64,000 nt of DNA, from assembly GCA_964544225.1 (NCBI GenBank), contig CAZIZK010000001.1, positions 54,856 to 118,855 on the forward strand. Reading direction: 5' to 3'. Positions 1 to 8,665 of this stretch are shown in pieces. Position 1 is the first letter of the stretch, and the number at the start of each line of letters is the position of its first letter. Below the pieces are notes generated by a model. That model was not told the DNA's origin, made no database searches, and was given only the letters and a program-made list of their open reading frames with translations. The position numbers and the translations under genes are program-made. Source of the stretch: an uncultured Candidatus Saccharibacteria bacterium (GTDB lineage: Bacteria > Patescibacteriota > Minisyncoccia > Phycocordibacterales > UBA9973).

Positions 1-1150
1 CAAATAATGTATCTTGAGATCTAGGCATTTGAGTATTTTTAAAGTTTTTCATTAACTCAACTTGATCAGGAAAATTTATTTTCTTAACAATTGGATTAGG
101 AAGAATATAAATCTTCATTTTCTCTCTACGACCATATACATGAGCTGAAACAATTGCAGTAAAGTCTGCCGAATCTTTAGAAGAGATGGCGAGGTCAACT
201 CCTGCATAAGTGCCACGGTATGCTTTATGTTTTGTCCCAGGTAATTCATCATAATACTGAATCCACTCAGGATAAATAACTTGATCGTCGCTTGGAATAA
301 TACGAAGTAAATATTCTCGTTGCCATGATATTTCACTAGCAACTTTCATTTTTTCATCCTCTATATCTTTCATATCTGAGTATTTCCCAGGCCATAAACA
401 GACATTATCTTCGTCGAGTAGTGGGTATTGTTTAAAGACACCTTTTGATCGTTTATTTTCTATATCATCCCTTATTCTCATGAGTAATGAATCTTCATGT
501 AAAAGGTTACCAACAGCAATAAGTCTGGTTTTGCGATCTCCTGCAGGTATTACTTCTCCATATAGCCATTGATATGTCTTATCTCGTCCCTCACGAGTTT
601 TAGTTGATTGTACGTCTTCCACGTCGTCACAGATAATCAAATCAGGTCTATGCTCATTATGTCTTATTCCTCGTATACTTTGCTCTGTTGAGGCAACAGT
701 AATACGAGCATTACTTTTATTAAACACCAATGAATATGAACCCCACTCATCACTCTGTTCTTGGAATGGTCCTAAATCTCTTTTTAGCAGATCATTACCC
801 TCAAGCTCACTTCGAATATTCATCATGTGTTGTTTTGCTTGTGTTCTTGTCTGACAGAAAATTAAACAGAACTTCTTTTGTTGTTTGCCAAGTATTGCCC
901 ATATTGGGTATGCAGTTGTAACCATTGTGGATTTACCAGATCCACGGAAAGCAACAACATATAAATTCTCTGTATCACTATTTTCTAAATGATGGATTAT
1001 TTCTTTCTGAAAATCTGCTGTCTCGTATTTTACATAATGGGCATAATAGAAATGGAAGAAATATAAGAAACTATCTCTTGTTATAGATGTTCTTACAAGT
1101 CTATCTTTCATCATCCTGTTTACTAAACCGTTTTCAATGATTTTATTCAT
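1..1150 (-). CDS. terL: Phage terminase large subunit (3' end beyond window start; missed by ORF track)
   Basis: Manual translation from ATG 1150: MNKIIENG...VAFRGSGKST (Walker A)...RPDLIICDDVED (Walker B)...WQREY...GVDLAIS..DSADFTAIV (RNase H-like nuclease); ATGAATAA overlap with upstream gene. Confidence 0.9.
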   Translation of the reverse strand, partial: MNKIIENGLVNRMMKDRLVRTSITRDSFLYFFHFYYAHYVKYETADFQKEIIHHLENSDTENLYVVAFRGSGKSTMVTTAYPIWAILGKQQKKFCLIFCQTRTQAKQHMMNIRSELEGNDLLKRDLGPFQEQSDEWGSYSLVFNKSNARITVASTEQSIRGIRHNEHRPDLIICDDVEDVQSTKTREGRDKTYQWLYGEVIPAGDRKTRLIAVGNLLHEDSLLMRIRDDIENKRSKGVFKQYPLLDEDNVCLWPGKYSDMKDIEDEKMKVASEISWQREYLLRIIPSDDQVIYPEWIQYYDELPGTKHKAYRGTYAGVDLAISSKDSADFTAIVSAHVYGRREKMKIYILPNPIVKKINFPDQVELMKNFKNTQMPRSQDTLF

Positions 1151-1559
1151 GGCTTTTCTTTTCGTTAATATTTTTAATAGATTTCGACTTAGTAATTGAG
1201 GCAAGCTTAAGTGCCTGTTTTACTATTTTTGCTTGTGATGGAGTAAGTTCTTCTTTGTCTTCTTTTGTTGTGATTTCTATCTTGTCTCGGTAGTTATCAT
1301 TTCTGTGTTTTAACCAAAAAGAAATTGCTGACCAATTTTTCTCTTTGATCATTGTCAGGAGTTGGCTTTCACTCATATCATTCACAAAGGCAACACCCTC
1401 AGACATAGCTTTATCCATTTTGGCAGAGAAAGATTTATCATCTTTTTTCCAACGATATACACTATTTCTAGATACTCCTGTTTTCTCACATGCTACTTGC
1501 ACGATAGGAACTTTTTTCAATTCTTCAAAGAATTGATCTTGTGATTTATTTTTCTTCAT
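1143..1559 (-). CDS. HTH protein, probable terminase small subunit
   Basis: ACEKTGVSRNSVYRWKKDD HTH and AISFWLK motif; directly upstream of terL and translationally coupled. Confidence 0.7.
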   Translation of the reverse strand: MKKNKSQDQFFEELKKVPIVQVACEKTGVSRNSVYRWKKDDKSFSAKMDKAMSEGVAFVNDMSESQLLTMIKEKNWSAISFWLKHRNDNYRDKIEITTKEDKEELTPSQAKIVKQALKLASITKSKSIKNINEKKSHE

Positions 1560-2829
1560 AAGATTTTATCTGAGCTTTTTTACCAGTAAATAATTCATAA
1601 CGTTTTATAATCAAATCACAAAACTTTGGCTCTAGCTCTAAGCCATACACTCTTCGACCTAATTGTTCACCTGCAAGGAGAGTGCTACCTGAACCCAAGA
1701 AACTATCTAAGATTATGTCATTTGGCTTTGTACAGCGTTTTATAGCCTTTTCATGGAGGGTTATAGGCTTAGAAGTTGCATGTTCATAATCTTTAGCGGA
1801 AAGTCTTTTAGCAGTCCAAATCTCAAGAAAGTCATCGACTTGTGCTACAAGTTCATTTCCTGTTCCGAATTCTTTATTTAATACCTCATTAAGGGTTGTT
1901 ACTGATTCAGCAAGATAAGGTCGTCCACGAATACCATACACCGCAGGTTCATATGCTTTATTGCAGAATATTTTAGGGACAGGATTTTGCGAATTTTTTA
2001 GCCATAGGCATACTCGTTTATTAGATATACCAAGTGATCTGTATATATCCTGAATTAATCCTATGTAGACTTGATCACAATAATAGAAAACGTGCGTACT
2101 CGGATTAGATACAGTAAGTGCCGATTCTAAACTTTCTCGAATAAATGTTTTATATTCTTCAAAAGTTCTAGAATCTTTTACACTTCCGCCATATTCTTTA
2201 TTTCCACCAATCCCGCCATCATAGTCTATATCTAAGTTATACACTGGGTCTGAATAGATCATTGAAACTTTCTCTTCGCCTAATAACCTTTTTAGATTTT
2301 CAGGTTTAGTTGAATCACCACAAAGAATTTTGTGTTTCCCGAGAATAATAATATCTCCTAATTTTGTTTTAGGTTCCTTTATTTTCTTTAATTCCTTTTC
2401 AACATCGAAAGAATCATTTTTAACTTCTGCATCTTCATCCCAAAATTTTGCAATTTCCATATCTTCAAATCCTGCGAGTTGAAGAAGCTCCATATCAAAA
2501 GATTTAAGAGCTTCAAAGTCCCAAGACCCACCCAATTTATTTGAGGCAATAAGATATTGTTTGGATTCTGATTCTGTGAGTTTACGATTAGGTATCCTTA
2601 CATCAATTATTTCTTCTCCACGATCTAATAGTTGCAAAGCCCTTATTCTTTGATGTCCTGCTAGTATCATTCCATCACTATCAATAGCAGGAATCTCGAC
2701 TAAATTATATTTCTGCAAACTTTTCTTAATATCTGACATTTGCTTGTCAGAAATTTTACGAGGATTGATCTTTTGAGGAATAAGATCGTTAACCTTTCTT
2801 TGGACCGTAGTCCATATGAGTTTACTCAT
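1546..2829 (-). CDS. ParB-like N-domain fused to N6/N4 DNA methyltransferase
   Basis: NPRKIS...LAGHQR (ParB); GDST, SDPVY (motif IV variant), HATSKP, DSFLGSGS, LELEPKF. Confidence 0.88.
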   Translation of the reverse strand: MSKLIWTTVQRKVNDLIPQKINPRKISDKQMSDIKKSLQKYNLVEIPAIDSDGMILAGHQRIRALQLLDRGEEIIDVRIPNRKLTESESKQYLIASNKLGGSWDFEALKSFDMELLQLAGFEDMEIAKFWDEDAEVKNDSFDVEKELKKIKEPKTKLGDIIILGKHKILCGDSTKPENLKRLLGEEKVSMIYSDPVYNLDIDYDGGIGGNKEYGGSVKDSRTFEEYKTFIRESLESALTVSNPSTHVFYYCDQVYIGLIQDIYRSLGISNKRVCLWLKNSQNPVPKIFCNKAYEPAVYGIRGRPYLAESVTTLNEVLNKEFGTGNELVAQVDDFLEIWTAKRLSAKDYEHATSKPITLHEKAIKRCTKPNDIILDSFLGSGSTLLAGEQLGRRVYGLELEPKFCDLIIKRYELFTGKKAQIKSYEEK

Positions 2830-2874
2830 ATTATTTTATTAATAAATTTAATAAAATGTATAGAGATAGAAAAA

Positions 2875-2942
2875 GCCTATTCCGTACACGAAATAAATAA
2901 AAGTCCGATATAACTTCGATCTATTTCTTGCGCGGAATAGGC
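2875..2942 (-). promoter_or_regulatory. Long stem-loop upstream of the methylase-terminase operon
   Basis: GCCTATTCCG...CGGAATAGGC perfect 10-bp arms plus an inner GAAATA/TATTTC helix. Confidence 0.5.
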
Positions 2943-2984
2943 ATGGCTTTTAGGGCGCTACACTACTCGCTTTTTACTACGCAC

Positions 2985-3395
2985 TTATATTTTACCAACC
3001 TGTTCTTGTTTTTCAAGTCTTCTCAATATGCGCCTACCTTTTTTGCTATCCATGAATTCAACTGTATCTTTTCCAAGGAAAACTGGTAATCCTTTTGGCT
3101 TTCTTATAAAAACCCTTTTTCCTTGTTCTCTGTAACGTTGAATCAAAGGCAACATTTCATCTGGATTAAAGATTGGCATTGAAAAAATCACTGTATTGTT
3201 TTCTAAAACCCTGGCATGGTTATTAGGAAAAGTGATTCTCCCAGGTTGATTTGCTTCTATGGAATGTTCAATAGTTTTACTCATCGATTGAGTAACTCGT
3301 GCATTAGTATGGAGTTGAAAGTCAGTCAACTCAATAATAATATCGCCATTGCACGGATCATGAATCGCTGGATGTATTACTAATTTTTCTTCCAT
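2985..3395 (-). CDS. Hypothetical protein, divergent from repressor
   Basis: ORF; start set at ATG 3395 (MEEKL), just after a TATACT -10 box. Confidence 0.6.
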   Translation of the reverse strand: MEEKLVIHPAIHDPCNGDIIIELTDFQLHTNARVTQSMSKTIEHSIEANQPGRITFPNNHARVLENNTVIFSMPIFNPDEMLPLIQRYREQGKRVFIRKPKGLPVFLGKDTVEFMDSKKGRRILRRLEKQEQVGKI

Positions 3396-3473
3396 ACCTA
3401 GAGTATATAATAGGGTGGTGTAAAATGTCAAATCTTTATTGCAAAATCGTTTAAACTATGCTATACTGTATCT

Positions 3474-4112
3474 ATGCACATAATACAAAAACAACTTTTA
3501 GACTTAATAGCGACACATGAGGACTTTGGATCTTATAGCCTTAGGAAGATAGCTGAAATGGTTGGAGCCAAGGGAAAACCCCAAACTGCCAAATATCACT
3601 TACAACAGCTTGAGAAAGATGGACTAATTCAATTAAACCTTGAGGCTGGAATCATAAAGCTAGTTAAAAGAGGTTATGCTAAAGCTTCTACTAGCCCTAT
3701 CTACTCCCTACCAATAGTGGGATCTGCTAATTGTGGTCCTGCTACTATATTTGCAGAACAGAATGTTGATCAATATTTAAAAATATCTTCATCAATGCTA
3801 CCAAGAAACAAAAGTAATCTGTATGCCCTTATTGCTGATGGAGATTCAATGAATAATGCAGAGGTTGAAGGAAAAACTATTAAAAGCGGAGACTTCGTTT
3901 TGGTCGATAGTGAATATAAGAACTATAAGACTGGTGATATCGTAGTTGCTGTTATAGACAACATGGCAACTATAAAAAGATTCCGAGAAGATAAACCCAA
4001 TAATAGAATTATCCTTGAGGCTGATTCAACAGAAAAATATCTCCCTATATTTATTCATGAAGGTGACAATTTCTTATTAAGTGGAAAAGTAGTCGGTATT
4101 ATTAAAAGTTAA
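3474..4112 (+). CDS. LexA/CI-like repressor (HTH + S24 peptidase)
   Basis: SLRKIAEMVG HTH; ANCG cleavage-site-like; GDSM and ATIKR Ser/Lys dyad; TTGCAA/TATACT promoter just upstream. Confidence 0.88.
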   Translation: MHIIQKQLLDLIATHEDFGSYSLRKIAEMVGAKGKPQTAKYHLQQLEKDGLIQLNLEAGIIKLVKRGYAKASTSPIYSLPIVGSANCGPATIFAEQNVDQYLKISSSMLPRNKSNLYALIADGDSMNNAEVEGKTIKSGDFVLVDSEYKNYKTGDIVVAVIDNMATIKRFREDKPNNRIILEADSTEKYLPIFIHEGDNFLLSGKVVGIIKS

Positions 4113-4125
4113 TTTATAAAAATAT

Positions 4126-4368
4126 ATGTCAAATTATCATGTAACAAACCCAAAAGGTTCAAATGATTGGAAAGTAATAAAAGAAAAAGCAGAAAGAGCT
4201 TCTGTAATAGTAAGCACTCAAAGAGAAGCGGAGAAAATAGCAAAAGAATTATCAGGTAATTCTGGTGGTGGAGAGGTTGTAATCCATAAACCAAACGGTG
4301 GTCCAATAAGAGATAAAGATACTGTAGCCCCAGGTCGAGAAAGTTCAGTTATAGACAAAAAACATTAA
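4126..4368 (+). CDS. DUF2188 family protein
   Basis: YHV...W.V...RAS....TQ.EA...A....GGEVVIH...G.IRDKDT pattern. Confidence 0.8.
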   Translation: MSNYHVTNPKGSNDWKVIKEKAERASVIVSTQREAEKIAKELSGNSGGGEVVIHKPNGGPIRDKDTVAPGRESSVIDKKH

Positions 4369-4385
4369 AAAATAAATATAAAATT

Positions 4386-4757
4386 ATGAAAAGAATATTT
4401 ATTAGTTTTGCGATTGAAGATAAATTATATAGAGATTTTCTTGTTGGACAATCTAAGAAAGAAGAATCCCCGTTTGAATTTGTTGATATGTCAGTAAAAG
4501 AACCCTGGAAATCTGATTGGAAAGATAAATGTTATTCAAAAATAATAGGTTGTGATGGAGTAATTGGTTTAATAAGCAAAAATACTCCTAAGGCTTCTGG
4601 AGAATTATTTGAGTTAGAATGTGCATATGACGAAAATGTGCCTGTGATGCTAATGTATATTAATGATGATAGACCTGCTCTTCCGTCATTTTTAAACAGC
4701 AAAAGAGTAAACATATGGAGTTGGAGTAACTTAAAATCTTTTATTAGTAACCTTTAA
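4386..4757 (+). CDS. TIR-domain protein (ThsB/MTH538-like)
   Basis: RIFISF, FVDMSVKEPW, CDGVIGLIS and FELECA with the catalytic Glu. Confidence 0.85.
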   Translation: MKRIFISFAIEDKLYRDFLVGQSKKEESPFEFVDMSVKEPWKSDWKDKCYSKIIGCDGVIGLISKNTPKASGELFELECAYDENVPVMLMYINDDRPALPSFLNSKRVNIWSWSNLKSFISNL

Positions 4758-4762
4758 TATAT

Positions 4763-5731
4763 ATGCGTAAAGCTCTAATTGTTGGTATTAATAATTACCC
4801 AGGTAATCCACTCAAAGGGTGTATAAATGATGCATCATCATTTAAAACTGTTATTGAGAAAAACGGTGACGGATCACCTAATTTTTCTACAAGGCTAGAA
4901 ACTGATGTTCCTACAAAATCTCAACTCAAAACAATGCTAAAGGAATTATTTGAGGGTGATAGTGACATAGCTTTATTTTATTTTTCAGGACATGGATCTT
5001 TTAATGAATTTGGTGGTTATGTAGTTACCCCAGATCATCAAGAAAACGATGAGGGAGTTTCTATGGATGAAATTTTATTGCTTGCCAATAAGTCAAAAGC
5101 AAAAGATAAAATTATTATATTAGACTGCTGTCATTCAGGTGCATTTGGTTCTCCTGCAAGTACTGGTGGTACATCTTGTCAGATAATCGAAGGTGTTGTT
5201 GTTCTAACTGCAAGCAAATCCAGTGAAAGTGCTATTGAAATTAATGGTCATGGTATTTTCACAAATTTATTGATTGATGCATTGCAAGGTGGTGCAGCTG
5301 ATCTTCGTGGTCATATAACCCCTGGTAGTGTTTATGCATATATAGATCAAGCATTAGGACCTTGGGATCAAAGACCAGTATTTAAGACAAATGTAACTAG
5401 GTTTACATCTCTAAGAACAATAAATCCACAAGTTCCAACTGAAACACTTAGAAAAATAACTGAGTATTTTCAAACAGCTGAGCAAGATTACTCTCTAAAT
5501 CCATCTTATGAAGACACGAATTCGGAAGATATTAAACATTCTATTATTGAACCTCTCGCTAAAACAGAAAATGTTGCAGTATTTAAAGATTTGCAAAAGT
5601 TCCAGAGTGTAGGTTTGGTTATTCCAGTAGACGCACCTTACATGTATTTTGCTGCGATGGAGTCAAAATCATGTAAATTAACAGCACTTGGTTATCATTA
5701 TTGGAGACTTGTTAAAGACGGTAAAATATAA
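4763..5731 (+). CDS. Caspase-like C14 peptidase, probable type IV Thoeris effector
   Basis: KALIVGIN, LKGCINDA, FYFSGHG, ILDCCHSG (His/Cys dyad) plus a C-terminal extra domain; 5 bp after the TIR gene. Confidence 0.9.
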   Translation: MRKALIVGINNYPGNPLKGCINDASSFKTVIEKNGDGSPNFSTRLETDVPTKSQLKTMLKELFEGDSDIALFYFSGHGSFNEFGGYVVTPDHQENDEGVSMDEILLLANKSKAKDKIIILDCCHSGAFGSPASTGGTSCQIIEGVVVLTASKSSESAIEINGHGIFTNLLIDALQGGAADLRGHITPGSVYAYIDQALGPWDQRPVFKTNVTRFTSLRTINPQVPTETLRKITEYFQTAEQDYSLNPSYEDTNSEDIKHSIIEPLAKTENVAVFKDLQKFQSVGLVIPVDAPYMYFAAMESKSCKLTALGYHYWRLVKDGKI

Positions 5732-5740
5732 TAATTAATA

Positions 5741-6394
5741 ATGCGGTCTTTGGAACAAGTAGCAAGAAAAATAAACTTCCATATTGAAAAGAAAAAACCA
5801 CCAGTTATTAATGAAAAATGGATTAAAGTAAATTCTCCAGCTTCTTATAAATTCATAATTGAAAATTCTATTGATTGGGACACGGTAACAATAAATCTTG
5901 ATAAGTCATACCAAGGAAAGTGGAATAAGTGTTCTAAAAGAAAAAGATACTTAGATCAAGAATTTTATAAAGATGAGGAAGAACTAAATCAAATATTAAA
6001 TACTCATAAAGATAAACTTTATACTTTTGTAAGTAGAATAAACAAAGAAGATGAACTTGTTTGTGACAGAATAAGTATTTTATTAGTTAGACTAGCTCAA
6101 AAAGGTAATACTCTTGCTTTGATAGAAATTAAAAGCCTATATGTTTTTATAATAGATAAGTGGCTAGAAGAAAGTAAATATTTAAAAAGATGGCGTGGCT
6201 ATGAAGAGGAATTAGTAGCACTACTAGAGAGGTGTATTTTCAGATATAGATACTCTGGTACATTTATTGGTTATTTATATAGAACTCTCCAGTTAAGTGC
6301 TTTAGCTTTAGAGCCATTAGAAGCATATTCACTAAATGACAAGGTCTTTGATGGGAATAAAACCAGAATAGACTTTATATCCTGTGAAAATTAA
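5741..6394 (+). CDS. Hypothetical protein with a sigma-70 region-2-like C-terminal half
   Basis: LVRLAQKGNTLA, TFIGYLYRTL and YSLND resemble sigma regions 1.2-3; no region 4. Confidence 0.45.
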   Translation: MRSLEQVARKINFHIEKKKPPVINEKWIKVNSPASYKFIIENSIDWDTVTINLDKSYQGKWNKCSKRKRYLDQEFYKDEEELNQILNTHKDKLYTFVSRINKEDELVCDRISILLVRLAQKGNTLALIEIKSLYVFIIDKWLEESKYLKRWRGYEEELVALLERCIFRYRYSGTFIGYLYRTLQLSALALEPLEAYSLNDKVFDGNKTRIDFISCEN

Positions 6395-6417
6395 CAGGCT
6401 TTTGATACAATAAACCA

Positions 6418-6921
6418 ATGACTATACTAATTATTTTTGTAATCTTAATGGCGGTTGTTTTTATTGTTTTAAAGAAATTTTTCCCAGATATATTTAATGG
6501 CGAGGAGAAAGTAATTAAGTCTCCATATAATTACAAAAAGAAAGACTTTTTAATGAGTCGTGCTGAACATGAGTTTTTTGATATTCTCATTGAGGTTGTA
6601 GGAAATCAATATTATGTATTTCCACAAATACATCTATCAACTATTTTAGATAATAAGGTTGTGGGACAAAACTGGAGAGGAGCATTCCGTCATATTGATG
6701 AAAAGTCAGTTGATTTCGTTATTTGTGATAAAGCATATATCAAACCAATTCTTGCTATTGAACTTGATGATAAAACACACGAAAGAGAAGACAGAAAAGG
6801 ACGAGATGGAGAAGTAGAACGTATTCTTAAAGAATCAGGTCTGTCTCTTTTAAGGTTTGGTAACAATGGGAGCTTTAATAAAGAAGAAATAAAGCGTTTG
6901 ATCTTAGAGAAATTAAGGTAG
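6418..6921 (+). CDS. DUF2726 domain membrane-anchored protein (PD-(D/E)XK-like)
   Basis: N-terminal TM; LMSRAE, VFPQI, KSVDFVICD, AIELDDKTH, RD motifs. Confidence 0.85.
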   Translation: MTILIIFVILMAVVFIVLKKFFPDIFNGEEKVIKSPYNYKKKDFLMSRAEHEFFDILIEVVGNQYYVFPQIHLSTILDNKVVGQNWRGAFRHIDEKSVDFVICDKAYIKPILAIELDDKTHEREDRKGRDGEVERILKESGLSLLRFGNNGSFNKEEIKRLILEKLR

Positions 6922-7134
6922 GTTTTATATAGAAAAGTTACAGTTGAATGTAACCTTTAACCTCAATCCCGTGTCACTTTTGTCACTTTTCTAATTCGCA
7001 CGAGATACGTCGATTTGATATAATAAAATTATTGGAAATAACGTTACAGGGCTTGTCAGTGAAAAGTCCTAACACGAGTGTCCCCGCATTGACAACCTGT
7101 TAGTTTTGATGACCCATTTAGTTATGTACTAAGT

Positions 7135-7149
7135 GCGACCCACAAAGCT
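7135..7149 (+). repeat. 15-bp direct repeat, left att-like core
   Basis: GCGACCCACAAAGCT identical to 28868-28882; both copies intergenic. Confidence 0.75.
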
Positions 7150-7160
7150 TCATGTTGCAG

Positions 7161-7190
7161 AAAAAAGAACGACGGTTGTCGTTCTTTTTT
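7161..7190. terminator. Bidirectional intrinsic terminator
   Basis: AAAAAAGAACGAC-GGTT-GTCGTTCTTTTTT. Confidence 0.85.
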
Positions 7191-7199
7191 TGCAAATAA

Positions 7200-8444
7200 T
7201 TAATGCATATCCATAGATTCAGGCATGCTCGTACTACTTTTAATTTCCTTAAATATACTTGGATTTTCATCTCCTGTTACATCAAGTACTGCCCAAGCAC
7301 CTTTATTCATTCTTGCTAGTGCGTGATCTACAAGTAAATATTTACCTGGAACATCAACAGTGAATTCTACAATACTCGCTCCACCAGGAAGTACAGCGGT
7401 TGCTTGTGTATTGTGTTCCATCGCACCACCTATACTTGCATTTGGATACACGGTATCAAAAATCTCACCAATTACATGGAAAGAAGAGATCAGATTTACT
7501 CCACCATTGCCGACATACATACGAATTTTATCACCAACTTTTGCTTGCATTCGTGGTGTTGTTTCGATACGGCCATTGAAAGTTACATAGTTAGGATGAC
7601 CATCGAGAAGGGCATCAGGATCAAATGGCACCAACCCTTTTTTACCAAGCTGTCCAATGGTGTATAGCTCTCCTTGCATAACATAAAATTCTTTATCGAC
7701 TTCTGTAAACCCTTCTTTTGGATCAACTAAAATCATTCCATATTGTCCATGTGAATTGTGTGTAGAAACATTTGGCGTTGCGCAGTGATAAATATAAAGA
7801 CCTGGGTTTAATGCTTTCCATCTGAATGTTTTTGTTTCTCCAGGTGCTACATGAGTAACTGACGCTCCACCTCCTGGACCTGTAACTGCGTGTAGATCTA
7901 TGTTGTGGTCATGTAGACTTGATGGGTCATTTGTCAGTGTTAATTCTACCGTATCCCCCTCGCGTATACGAAGCATTGGACCAGGAACTTGTTTGTTGTA
8001 TGTCCAGTAGTTGAAATAAATTCCAGGAGATATCTCTCCGAGGACTTCTTGTGCAGTCAAACTAATACGCACAATACCGTCTGCGTCAGGTGCTTGTGGT
8101 TTTTCTGGAACAGCTGTCGGATCTGCACCAATATCTGCGACTTTATCGAAACGATTTTCATATCTAAAAAAGTCTATAATTTTAGCAAATGGGATAGATG
8201 GAGGGAGTCCACCCGGAGCGTGTGAATGCACAAATGCTGGCATAGCAAAATCAGGAGGATAAGTTTTGTTTGCCACTAGTCCTGTGAAAAAAGAAATCAC
8301 AATTAGAGCCACTGGAATGTAAAGCCATTTTTGCTTAAAAATTGAATGGAAATGACCTTGTTTCCATATATATCGCACAATTATGACAAAGGCTATAAAA
8401 CCTACTATTCCAGATATCATTTCAAAAATAAGGTATTTAAACAT
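7200..8444 (-). CDS. nirK: Copper-containing nitrite reductase with N-terminal TM anchor
   Basis: HNIDLH, YHC, SSFHVIGEIFD, VDHAL motifs; the type 1 Cu axial Met is replaced by Gln (HNSHGQYG). Confidence 0.9.
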   Translation of the reverse strand: MFKYLIFEMISGIVGFIAFVIIVRYIWKQGHFHSIFKQKWLYIPVALIVISFFTGLVANKTYPPDFAMPAFVHSHAPGGLPPSIPFAKIIDFFRYENRFDKVADIGADPTAVPEKPQAPDADGIVRISLTAQEVLGEISPGIYFNYWTYNKQVPGPMLRIREGDTVELTLTNDPSSLHDHNIDLHAVTGPGGGASVTHVAPGETKTFRWKALNPGLYIYHCATPNVSTHNSHGQYGMILVDPKEGFTEVDKEFYVMQGELYTIGQLGKKGLVPFDPDALLDGHPNYVTFNGRIETTPRMQAKVGDKIRMYVGNGGVNLISSFHVIGEIFDTVYPNASIGGAMEHNTQATAVLPGGASIVEFTVDVPGKYLLVDHALARMNKGAWAVLDVTGDENPSIFKEIKSSTSMPESMDMH

Positions 8445-8576
8445 ATAAAATATTTGTTAACTAATAATGCTTATTAAGACTGGACTAATTAAAATAACTC
8501 TTGCCAAGCAGTAGAGGCCTGTTTCATTATAGCAAAAAATACTTATCCACCGTTGCGCAAAACATAAAAACTTTTG

Positions 8577-8652
8577 TATAATGGTTTAATAGTTGCGAAA
8601 CTATGCAACTACTCTATTATACACCCCGCTTGTAGTGTTGCCAAGCGGTTTT
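8577..8652 (+). promoter_or_regulatory. Promoter and two-hairpin leader of the B12/nrdJ operon
   Basis: TATAAT 8577; hairpins TAGTTGC/GCAACTA (8590-8611) and CCGCTTG/CAAGCGG followed by TTTT (8626-8652). Confidence 0.5.
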
Positions 8653-8665
8653 AACAACTTTCATT

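Larger units (their letters stand above)
1..7134. mobile_element. Integrative phage-like element 1 (left part outside window)
   Basis: terL, terS-like and ParB-methylase module plus repressor and defence cargo; ends at the 15-bp repeat at 7135. Confidence 0.6.
7031..7190 (+). ncRNA. Candidate structured ncRNA spanning the att-like repeat
   Basis: Extended -10 TGATATAAT at 7016-7024; stem ACAGG-gc-TTGTCAGTG/CATTGACAA-CCTGT (7046-7100); terminator at 7161-7190; no credible ORF. Confidence 0.4.

Noticed and set aside
115-921. Track ORFs 115-342 and 730-921
   Set aside because: They lie inside the terL frame that runs off the window
8589-8665. Canonical cobalamin riboswitch
   Set aside because: No GGGAA or GCCACUG B12-box motifs, and the leader is short
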